64,000 bases of DNA from Azolla caroliniana (lineage: Eukaryota > Plantae > Polypodiophyta), in NCBI GenBank assembly GCA_043228905.1, contig JBHGNT010000005.1, positions 4,774,001 to 4,838,000 of the forward strand. Direction: 5' to 3'. The notes below the pieces were generated by a model. It did no database searches and was not told where the DNA came from. It saw only the letters and a list, made by a program, of their open reading frames with translations. Shown piece after piece: positions 12,662 through 23,900 of this stretch (positions are counted from its first letter, which is position 1; every line of letters starts with the position of its first letter). The position numbers were made by a program, and so were the translations under genes.

Positions 12662-14596
12662 ATGTCTACCTCATCCCAATGCTCATCATCATCGTCAGGA
12701 GGAGGAGCTCGCGTTGTGGTGGCACTCGACTTCGGCACGACATTCTCAGGATTTGCGTATGCACGCATCGCTGAGCCTGACAAGGTTTACAAGTTCTATG
12801 ATTGGCCATGTGTGGACAAGGTGGGTGCCAAGCCCTACTGCAAGACGCAGACCAGTGTCTATTATGAGCCCATCACCAAGCATGACTCACAAGATGCTGT
12901 CCCTAGTCACGTTGCACCCCCTGGCCCAGCTTTCAAGCTCAAGTCATGGGGCTGGTCTGCTCTCGGCGACTACATTGACTCTGATCGCTCGGCCTCAAGA
13001 CCATCCGACGGTGGTTTTGATAACCCTAATCTCTCCAGTACAATCGCAATTGCCTCTAGAATGAAAGGATTATCTGTGATGGATTCTGAAGGACGGAAGC
13101 CATGGGAAGCCAAAACACGCAACTCAAGAGGTAAAGGTTTCTTCGCTACCAAATTCAAGCTCTATCTCGCCGATCAGCATCCGGGCGATCGGAACTGTAT
13201 CCCAGCAGGCTTGTCTGTGGAGAGCATCGTAGCTGACTACCTTGGATGTATTTCAGGATTCATCCTTTCTCAGCTCCAACTGCGATACGGAGACCATTTG
13301 GGTATGGAAGATGTGCAGTGGTGCCTCACGGTGCCGGCTATATGGGATGAGAAGGCGAAGCAGACCATGAAGGCCTGCGCTGAGAAGGCCGGCATGGTGG
13401 AAGGCCCTGCATGTGATATATCCGCATCTGCCAGTCCCTTCCCGCTAGACATCATTCTTGAGCCTGAGGCGGCGGCCGTGTATTGCCAGGAGAAGGTTAA
13501 AAGTAGGCTCAACCTGAGAAAGGGTGACAAGCTCCTCGTTGCAGATGTGGGTGGCGGCACCATTGATCTCGTCGTTCACGAGAAAGCGGATGATGATCCC
13601 CAAAGCCTGAGGGTGCAGGAAGTGGTGGGGAGCTATGGAGAGCTCGGAGGTGGGACTTATGTGGACGCCCGTTTCTTCAGCTTCCTGTGCGATAAGATCG
13701 GATGCTTTAAGAAGTTTTGTAACAGAAATCCAGCCATGGCCACGCGAATCTATCGGTGGTGGCAGGACATCAAAGCTGGTTTCGATGGTGAAGGTTACAG
13801 CGCGGTTTTGCCTCTCCCTCGGAAGCTCAGCGAAGCGTGGGAAGTGTATGACAATGAATGTGGACCTGGGGGAGCCGACGCAGAAGATTATGATGAAGTG
13901 CGATTGGAAGACTATGATTTCATGAAGATATTCAGACCAGAGGTGGAGAAGGTGGTGAGGCTTATTGGGAAGCAGGTACGAGGAGTGAGGGTATTGATGG
14001 TGGTTGGTGGCTTTGCAGCTTCGCCATATCTGATGAAGTGCATAAGAGAGAAGTTCAGAGGAATGGTGGATGAGATCATGGTGCCCGAGGACCCTGGGAG
14101 TGCGATATGTGATGGAGCCGTGCGTCTCGTCATGGGGAAGGGTATAGCACAGTCGAGGGTTGCTACCGCAGGAGATTCAGCAGAGGTGCTGGATACGGAT
14201 GATGGTAGAGGAATGGTGGAAGAGATTGACGTGCCGTGGCCGGAGGATCCTGGGAGTGCGATACGCGATGGAGCTGTGCGTCTTGTCATAGGGAAGGGCA
14301 CAGCGGAGCGGAGGATTGCTGTAGTAGGAGATCCAGCAGAGGTGTTGGAGACGGATGATGGTGGAGAATTGATGTGCAAGGACACATTCCATGGTTTTGT
14401 CAGGGAAGTGTGTAAAGTGGAATTAGGTGACGCTGTTGAGCAGTGCTTTTGGCCGAATGGACATGGAAAGAGGAGTATGAAGATAGTTCCGTATAGTTCA
14501 CGGAAGGGGATGAAGGAGTGGTGGAGGAAGGGAGGTGTGAGGTGGACATTTGAGAGGAGGTCACGCAGTTGGAGAAGAAGAGACGGATCTGGATGA
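12662..14596 (+). CDS. HSPA12-type Hsp70/actin-like ATPase, copy 2; intronless, ATPase domain intact, C-terminus rearranged and frameshifted (possible pseudogene)
   Basis: ALDFGTTFSG, WCLTVPAIWD, ILEPEAAAVYC, VADVGGGTIDL, GGTYVDARF, VGGFAASPYL; ~50-aa internal duplication at ~14058-14365. Confidence 0.85.
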   Translation: MSTSSQCSSSSSGGGARVVVALDFGTTFSGFAYARIAEPDKVYKFYDWPCVDKVGAKPYCKTQTSVYYEPITKHDSQDAVPSHVAPPGPAFKLKSWGWSALGDYIDSDRSASRPSDGGFDNPNLSSTIAIASRMKGLSVMDSEGRKPWEAKTRNSRGKGFFATKFKLYLADQHPGDRNCIPAGLSVESIVADYLGCISGFILSQLQLRYGDHLGMEDVQWCLTVPAIWDEKAKQTMKACAEKAGMVEGPACDISASASPFPLDIILEPEAAAVYCQEKVKSRLNLRKGDKLLVADVGGGTIDLVVHEKADDDPQSLRVQEVVGSYGELGGGTYVDARFFSFLCDKIGCFKKFCNRNPAMATRIYRWWQDIKAGFDGEGYSAVLPLPRKLSEAWEVYDNECGPGGADAEDYDEVRLEDYDFMKIFRPEVEKVVRLIGKQVRGVRVLMVVGGFAASPYLMKCIREKFRGMVDEIMVPEDPGSAICDGAVRLVMGKGIAQSRVATAGDSAEVLDTDDGRGMVEEIDVPWPEDPGSAIRDGAVRLVIGKGTAERRIAVVGDPAEVLETDDGGELMCKDTFHGFVREVCKVELGDAVEQCFWPNGHGKRSMKIVPYSSRKGMKEWWRKGGVRWTFERRSRSWRRRDGSG

Positions 14597-15722
14597 CCAT
14601 GCCCATGCCCATGTGTTGTGTTTTTTATGCGCCGTTCATGGGAGTGAGGAATTTGTGTGTCAATTTCGGAGTGTGACCTCCCCATGTTTTTCCTTGCTAG
14701 TTAATATGTTTCCGACAAAGAAGTATATCCTAAGATTTTCCATTTTTTGTTTTGGGGTTATCTCAGAATATGGATGGTGTGAGAATGGATATGATGTTAT
14801 TGACTCGTTGTCTTGTGTCCCTGGTGTGGGTGCACACGTATGTATCTTTCCTTCTTATATATATATTTTGTTGTTTTGGAGATCTCATCATTTTCACATA
14901 TATATATTTTGAGCGTAAGTAAATGTTGGTTCAGACAAATGTATTTCTGGTCCTAGCTACATGCTTACTCCCCCATTACGTTTCATACTCATTTTATTGG
15001 TGACTTTTATGTTGCAGTTATTATCCTAGATATGGTTCTTTAAAACCATGTTTGAAGAGTACTGTGTATTTAAGATGCTTCACTGGTTAACGTGATTCAA
15101 TACTTGAACTGTTCGTATTTGTATAGACAGCATTCCCAGGAACATGCACATTGTGTGTGCGTTGTATCTGTGATTGGTTGTATTCGTTTGTATTCATATA
15201 TATGCACATTGAACGAAAATATTCATGTGCATGTTTGTATGCCTATGTTTGTGACTAGGCTCAAGAAATCAGAATCTCGGGTTTCAATGAGATATACATA
15301 TGGGAATTTGAACCATTATTTATGCCTTCCATAAGTGCCACCTTTGTCCAAATGTTGATCAACCCCCCTTTACATTCTTTACCACCAAATTCACGCTCTA
15401 CCTTTTTGAAGTAATCAATCCTTTCCATCACGATGACTATCTCCCCTGATCTTCTTTATTATAAACCTTTATTGTTAAGGATGTTTGATACATTTCCTGC
15501 TCCATCATTTGCAATGTTTAGTTCCAACATTATAAGCAAATTATTGATCATAAAGACACTCATACATCAAGAACAGACATTGTGATCATCATATTGAGAG
15601 TAGATCGTGTGTCAATGAAATTTGACGTATCAATTGGCATGTAAAAAGTCTTGATCAAATCAAGATACAAACCTTGGTGAAACCTTGATTAAAGATCTTA
15701 GATGCATATTGAGCCTCCCAAA

Positions 15723-18700
15723 TGTTAGAAACAACAAAACAGTTTCAAAGCAACTACTTTTAGTTGCCACATTAACTCTACACCACATCTAGATTAGTTA
15801 CTATTATTATTTCCTTATATTAGTAACTGTATTTTTTAAACACATCCAATGTTCCCTCCACTTTCTCTATTATATAAAGAGGAAACCAGGAATGTTAGAG
15901 TGTGGTATTTTATGCTCTAGCTGCTGTAGCAATTTACCGTTGTAGTTGTATTCCAGCTTGTAATCCCATCTTATTATCTATTACATAGCAGTTTCAATTC
16001 TCCTCATTTCTGTTCATGTATCTCTCATTTCCTTACATGGTATCAGAGCATTAGTAGTACAAACCCTGAAAATATACTTCCCGCTCCATACTCTATGTCT
16101 AAGAAAAAAAAAAGGAAAGAAAGAAAGAAAGAGAAAACGAGACAACAACCTTAGCATTATGGCAAGCTCCACTCAAGCAAGAAAATACTTGGTAGATAAA
16201 CTTAACGCAAAGAACTACAAAATTTGGAAACCAAGGATGGAGCTACTACTTGACTTGGAGAAGCTACTTGAAGTCACCACAGGAACCTGTCGAGCACCAA
16301 AAGGCACACAATCAGAAGCATGGGAAGAATGGAAAAACAAAGATAAACGTGCAAAAGTTGAAATACTACTACACGTAGAAGACATGCAGGCTGATGCCAT
16401 TCTAAAACTCACAACTGCAGTGGAAATGTGGTCCAAACTAAAATAGATGTTTGAACCACAAGATGTTACAACTAGAATCCATACTCTTGCTACCCTGTTT
16501 CACATGTGTGTTCTGCAGGAAGAAGTAGATGTTCTTACCTTCTTGGATACCTCCTTACCTTCTCGAAGAAGCACCACTACCGGAAATGAAATCTCAGAAG
16601 AAATGAAGATTGGGCTCTTATTGAGTAAACTTCCAGAATCTTGGAATACTTTTTATCACTATGAATAGCCAGGGTAACTCCTTATCTGATATGATTACAA
16701 AAGTTCATCATGAAAATCTACGATGACAACTTAAAAATTCTACTCCATCAATAGCAATAACTACTGCAGTCAACAAACCACAAAAAATGTCATATAACAA
16801 TCGCGACAAACCTAAATCTGACAATTACAAATACACTGAAGTCTCTAATTGGAGAAAGGGAAATCAATCACACAAAACTAGTTTGCAGATATTGCAAAAG
16901 AGAAAGGCACACCGAGAGGGTATGTCGATTCAAGCCATTTGCGGAAAATAAGAAACAACCACAAGCCAACAATGTCATTTTAGAGGATAAGTCAGAATGC
17001 TATTCAGAATCAGGAGGTGATTATGATGACATGCCAGAAGAAGGAAACATTATTCAAGCATACCACGTCACTATAGAAGAATTGAAAATAGATTATGACA
17101 CGTGGTACCTGGATACTGGTGCCACACACCATCTCACATACCGAAGAGACTGGCTAGAAGATTATCAAGTTCTCTCCTATCAGTTGCAGGTAATCTTTGG
17201 TGATAAAGGAAAGAAATCTGCAATCGGTAAAGGTACAATAATGTGTATTATGTGCCTGGATTGTTCAAACTTTCAAAAGATCACCAAATTATTGTTCATA
17301 ATGTGTATTATGTGCCTGGATTGTCAAAACATCTGTTATCAGTTTTGCAATTCAGTTTTGCAAAGATAAAGCAATTATACAATTTCAGGATGGTAGCTCA
17401 TTCATTCAGATGGTCTGTCCTAAAGAACAACATCTGTATACAATCCATAATCAATCACCATACGCATGAGTTGTACCTGTGCAAACAAAGAAACAATCTG
17501 TGCACTCAGCTACATATTTATGGTATTGTTGTTTTGGTCACATGAATATTTCAGCACTTCAACAATGTCAACAACTAAAAAGAATGAAAGGATTACAAGA
17601 AAAAGGCTTCAAAGTTATTTCTATATGTGAAAGTTGCTTGTTTGGAAAGATGTCCCATCAGCCATTTGCCAAAAGCAAGATTGTTACAGAATTCCTACTT
17701 CAACTTGTTCATATAGAAGTGTGTAGGCCATTTCCTGTACCATGTCAACTGGAAATACAAACAGGAAATGGCATTTGTAGCATTCTGGAAATACAAATAG
17801 CTTGCAAAAATCAAACATCAAGAACAATTAAAAAGGTGAGAAGTGATAATGGTGGAGAATATGTATCCCAAGGATGGGAGAATTTTTACGACAACAATGG
17901 AATAATTCATCAAAAAACAGTACCCTACACTCCACAGTAGAATGGCATTACTGAAAGAAAGAACATAACGTTGTTAAATGCTACTCGTAGTCTCCTCAAA
18001 ATGGGACAAATGAAACAACAGTTTTGTGAAGATGTAACTACACATCCTGCTATCTGCAAAATAAGACTCCTCACACTGCATTACAAGGCCAAATTTCATT
18101 TATATTATGGTATGGTGACCTACCTAATGTTTCCCATCTCAAAACTTTTGGTGCAGCAGTAGCCTATGTATATGTAAATCCACACCACAGATTAAAGTTG
18201 GATGATAGATCCTTCAGAGGACGGTTCATTGGGTATGGGGAGCAAAATGGTCTCAAAGCATACAAAATATTCAACCCGCAAACAGGTAAAACAGTTTGCA
18301 GTAGGTCAGTAAAATTGGATGAGTTCATTTTACAGAGAAATGCAGATATTATAACTAGTGAAGATGGAGAATATCCCATATGTCTACCACACTTGGTGGA
18401 AATTGAGCACAACAATATTTACCCGAATGACTCGTCTCGTATTACATCTCCTGATGATGCATCAAAAGATTCTCTATCACAGATGCACACAGAATCCCAG
18501 CGTCAAATGACAACCATCGAGAACTCAAGCCCTCATCTTTCATGTCACAACAACCCTGTTGCATGCTCTCAGCCTGACGTGCTAAATATAATAACCTCAT
18601 CATCGCCATTAATGGCGGAGAGACGGTCTCACAGGTACCACAGAACAGTTGAGAGTATAAATACTTACCGCTACGGCCGATGTTGACCGTTGCTTTCTAT

Positions 18701-20290
18701 AGCCATCGCAATGGCACCAGTGCCTAGGTGCTCGAAGGAAAACACACACAAAAAATGATAGAATCACAGAATTAGAGAGTAGAGCAAAAAAGGGGAAAAC
18801 TAAACCTATGCAAGAACTCTACGAAACTACAACTACCATCGACGAGTATTTTGAGTCTGTCATCGACTCTGACATTTCAGCCTTTGCCACGTTTGTCGAA
18901 GATGCAAGCATTGATTTTGCTCCTATTCTAACTCTGAAACAGGTTCTCCGAAGCAATGAAACGGAAATATGGCTACAAGTGGTACAAATCGAGGCAGATG
19001 TAGTCTACAAAAACAAGACATGGAGCCTTGTTCCAAAACCATCAAAATCGAACATCATTAGCTGTAAGTGGTTATTTACAAAAAAAATTGATGCTGAAGG
19101 CAATTCTATTCGCTTCAAAGCTCGATTGGTAGGTAGAGGATTTACTCAAATTTCGGGGGTTGACTATCATGAGAGTTTCTCTCCCACATTTAAACTCACT
19201 TCTCTCCATCTCATATTTGCCATTACTACATATTTAAATTTAGAACTTGTTGAGCGGCCAGCTCAATTGGAGCCGGATCGGTTGGATAAGCCTGAGCCGG
19301 TGAGCGAGACAAATTGGTGAGCCGGTGAGCACCCGGTGACCAAAAGAGCTAGTGAGTTGGGGAGCCGGTTAGCCGGATCCATCAATAACCGAAAGCCTAG
19401 TAGCAGCTAGACTACTAGGGAGTTATTACTCTCGTAGTTAGTGTCAGACGCTCGAGTGAGCATTGAAGTACACCGTACTTGTGTCAGTCCGTATGGACCT
19501 GTACAATAGTGTTCGCTGAACACATACGATGTACAGAGCGTTGATATAATTTTTTGAATAGAGTTTCTTGTTCTCTCTCTCTGTGTCTCCCGCGTACTGT
19601 TAAGCTCTCCATTAAACTTGTTCTCTGTTTTCTGTTCTTTATTGCTTCCGCACGCTATTTGTTTTTACAGAACTCCATCATGTTGATTTGAAGGAGGATA
19701 TCTATATGGAGCAGCCCCCAATACTTGAAGATAGTGCACATCCTGATTATGTATGCAAATTGCATAAACCTCTCTATGGCTTGAAGCAATCACTGCGTCA
19801 ATGGTATGCCAAACTCCATAACTTTCTCCTTCACAAGGGTTTTATGCAACTACAACCAAAACCAACATTGTACATCTGCAAGCAAGATTCCAATTTCCTA
19901 TTATTAGGAGTTTATGTGGATGACCTACCAATTGCTGGCACCTCCCGACATGAGTTACAAACTTCCTTTCCCACCAAGCACCTTGAAGAACTTGAATACT
20001 TTCTTGGTCTAGAAGTCAAGTGCAATCCCAATACAGGAATCCTCTCCATCTCCCAAAATAAATTAGTTGATGGTATTCTTCAAAAGTTTGATATGATGGA
20101 TTGCTCTTCCATTGCTACTCCAGTCAATATTCCTTGCCATCTATCTAGCTCTGACTGCCCCTCTACTCCTGAAGAAGTTGCTTTTATGAAAAATATACCA
20201 TATCGCCAAATTCTTGGTAGTTTGCGGTACTTAGTAAGTTGCACCCACCCTAATCTATTATTCTCCACAAGTTTTCTATCACGTTTTATG
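15723..20290 (+). mobile_element. Old copia element, heavily decayed, truncated inside RT (no RNase H or 3' LTR)
   Basis: 5' LTR 15723-16037 (TG...CA) then PBS TGGTATCAGAGC 16038-16049; WYLDTGATHH, VRSDNGGEY, YGLKQS, VYVDDL. Confidence 0.88.
19248..19669 (+). mobile_element. Solo LTR of an unrelated family, 5-bp TSD GAACT
   Basis: TGTTGAGC...TTTTACA flanked by GAACT (19243-19247, 19670-19674) inside copia RT. Confidence 0.88.
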
Positions 20291-20299
20291 GAGCTAACT

Positions 20300-20800
20300 T
20301 GTAAACTGAAACCGAACCACGAAACTGTGGTTTTAATGGTTTAACGGTTCAAAATTTATTCAACAATTTGGTTTAACGGTTTCGTGGTTTGGTTCCGTTC
20401 CATTCAAGTTTCAATTTTTTTAAACGGTTTGATTTTGACCCTCTCAAACCGAACCGAACCGTTGTCGATCGTTAAATAGCATCATTGTATACTCAAAAAA
20501 TCCATAGTAATGAATACAACATGTCATCATCCAATCATTATTGAGCTTGATGCAAACCACATTACAAGTGTCATAAAGATCAAAATTGGACAAGACTTTT
20601 TACTTTGAATGTGGGCGAGGGTTAGCGGACTAGTGGTGAATGATACCAATTGCGAATGGGTAGTCGATACAAGCCCCAATGGTTATATCATATATATAGT
20701 CCAATCATGGCATAAATAATGCCAAATGCCCTTTGAACCATGAGATGCGAATATGTGTTATCTTATTAGAAGTCCTAAATTTGATCTCACATAAATCATA
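20300..20800 (-). mobile_element. Possible decayed DNA-transposon relic (PIF/Harbinger-like motifs, clustered AACCG repeats)
   Basis: AACCG/CGGTT cluster 20300-20465; minus-strand MVQRAFGI (~20718-20742) and VCIKLNN (~20537-20560). Confidence 0.3.
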
Positions 20801-20953
20801 TTGTGCTCTGATAGATGTATCCATTTTCCTACCCAAACAATGTATGTATGAAAATGTAACCTTCATATTCATAAAGTTAAATTTAGATTCCACTACCCCA
20901 AAATGAGTAGATCAAATCATGAGTGTGTGAACTCATGATCCTCGATGTCATTA

Positions 20954-23900
20954 TGTTGGGAATCAACGCTTGGATTCACCTTCACCGCTCGGCCACAACC
21001 GATTAATCGCGGATCAATGTAGCAGAAAATAGGAAATACAGAGAAAGACGCGATACACAGGGATTAACGTGGAAAACCCTATACGGGAAAAACCACGGGA
21101 GTGCGAGACTCCGAACCAAACTATGCACAGAGAAATATACAATGGCGAGCTGCAAGGCAACGACCTTGAGCTCGCTGTCCTCGCCACAGGCGGCGGAAAT
21201 ACACAGAGGCGTCTACCTCTTCCTCTCTCGCGCTCTATCTCTCTCTCTCTCTCACGGCTGCTCCCTCTTCACTCCTCTTGAGTGGAAAAACAGAAAAATA
21301 ATGAGCAACAGAAAAACTGTTTGCCCTAAGTCATATTTATACTTATATGACTTTGGGCTATTTACAACTATAGCCTCAGGGGGCTCGTAGCGAACATATT
21401 CACGGATATGTCCCTGCATCCGGATCGCTCTTCGGGTACATTCGTCATCCGGCACCGAAGCCGGGGTCTTCGTCATCCGGATCCGAAACCGAAACCGGGC
21501 TTGTCGGCATTCATCTCCGATATCCGACCATCCCATCCGAAGGGACCGTAATCCCAACAAACTCCCCCTTCACTTCGGCATGGGATGTCTCTCCAATCCG
21601 ACCCTCTTCCGGCATGCTTCCAGCTTGTCGGGTGTGAGGACCTTGGTCAGCATATCCGACCCGTTCTCGTCCGTGTGGATCTTCGTCAGCACGAACTCCT
21701 TGTCCTCTATCCTTTCCCGGATCCAGTGGTATCTACGCTGGATGTGTTTCGTCCGGGAATGGTAGGCCGCGTTCTTCGCAAGGTGGATGGCACTCTGACT
21801 ATCGCAGTAGAGTCGGTACTCCTCTTGCCGGATACCGAGCTCTCTAATGAAGTCCTTCATCCATATTATTTCCTTGCCGGCTTCAACAGCCGCCATGTAC
21901 TCCGCCTCCGTGGTTGACAACGCAACCGTCTTCTGCAGCCTCGACTGCCACGAAACAGCTCCCCCTGCATACGTCATCACATACCCTGATGTGGACCGGC
22001 TGGTATCTGCATCAGCCGACATATCAGAATCAGTAAAGCCTTCGAGTTCGGGCTTACCGGAGCCGAATCGGAGGCACACGTTTGCCGTGCCCTTCAGGTA
22101 TCGGAGTATCCACTTGGCCGCGTTCCAATGCTCTTTGCCGGGATTGCTCATGTACCGGCTCACCACTCCGACTGCATATCCGATGTCCGGTCTCGTACAC
22201 ACCATGGCGTACATCAAGCTCCCGACAGCTGAGGCATACGGCACTTTCATCATATCCTCCTTTTCAGCCTTTGTCTTGGGACTTTGCTTGCTGGACAACT
22301 TGCAGTTTGCCGGTAGGGTTGATCCGACCGGTCTTGCTTCCGACATGTTGAACCGTTGAAGCACCTTTGTCACGTACTTCTCTTGTGATAGCCACAACTG
22401 CTTCTTCTTCCGGTCCCGGATGATGTGCATCCCTAGTATTTGCCTCGCCGGACCCAGGTCCTTCATTGAGAAGGTTCGGTGAAGAGCCTTCTTCAGCATC
22501 CGTATCTTGACCTGGTCCCGTCCGACGATCAACATGTCGTCCACGTACAGGAGGAGTATTAGGGAGTCTCCTCCTTCGAACTTCTTCACAAACACGCAGT
22601 GGTCGGACTGCGTTTTGAGGTACCCTTCGTCGGTCATGAAGGAGTCGAACTTCCGGTACCATTGCCGGGGAGCCTGCTTCAGTCCGTAAAGGCTCTTCTT
22701 CAACCGGCATACCAGGTGCTCCTTCCCTTTCTTCTCGAATCCTTCCGGTTGCTGCATGTAGATCTCTTCTTCGAGGTCACCGTGAAGGAATGCCGTCTTC
22801 ACGTCCATCTGTTCTACCTCGAGGTCCATGCTTGCCGCTATGCTCAGCACCGTCCGGATGGAGGTCATCTTCACTACCGGGGCAAATATCTCGTCGAAGT
22901 CGACGCCCTTCTTCTGCTGAAACCCCTTCACCACGATCCTGGCTTTGTATCTCGGGGGGTTTCCGGCATCTCCCGGTTTCAGCTTGAACACCCACTTGTT
23001 TCGCAGTGCCCGCTTTCCTTTCGGCAACTCCACAAGTTCATATGTGTGGTTCTCATGCAGGGAATCCATCTCGTCCTGCATGGCACTCAACCACCTGCGG
23101 CTCTGGGTGTCATGCTTTGCTTCTTCAAAGCTCTCCGGCTCCCCCTCGTCGGTTAGCAACACGTGCTCTGGTTCTGGAAATCTCCGGGGGGCCCTTCTCT
23201 CTCTTAGAGGGTATCTCCGTTCCGGAGCTTCGGTAACCGGTTCTTCCGATTCTTCTTCTTCATCCGAATCCATTTCGGGATCGGGGCCGGTTCCGGTATC
23301 ATTTTCATCTTCTTCGGCCGGTTCTGTTTCTTCACCGTCTTCGGCCGGATCCTCGAGTGCTAACCGGTCCCTTGCCGGTCGGGACTGCTCCTCGTAGAGT
23401 TGATCCTCACCGATCGACTTGGAGCTCTTCATCTTCTTCTCCGACTCCCAGTCGGCGAGCGTCTTGTTCTCCATGAAGATGATATCACGACTCCTGAATA
23501 TCTTCTTGTCGACCGGGTCCCATACTCGGTAGCCGAACTCGTCGTCGCCGTAACCGAGGAATATGCATGGCCGGGTCTTAGGATCTAGCTTTCCTCTCCG
23601 GTCCTTTGCCACATGCACGTATGCGAGACACCCGAACACCTTCAGATGCCGGTAGGACACTTCCTTACCGGTCCACACTCTCTGCGGCGTGTCTCCGTCC
23701 AAAGGAACTGAGGGTGATCTGTTTATCACATATGTCGCCGTCGACATTGCCTCAGCCCAAAACCCCTTGGGTAATTTCGCATGCGCCAGCATACTCCGGA
23801 CCCTCTCCATTATGGTCCGGTTCATCCTCTCGGCCAGCCCGTTCAGTTCCGGCGTCTTCGGCACAGTAAACTCGAGCCGGATTCCCTTCGAGCGACAGTA

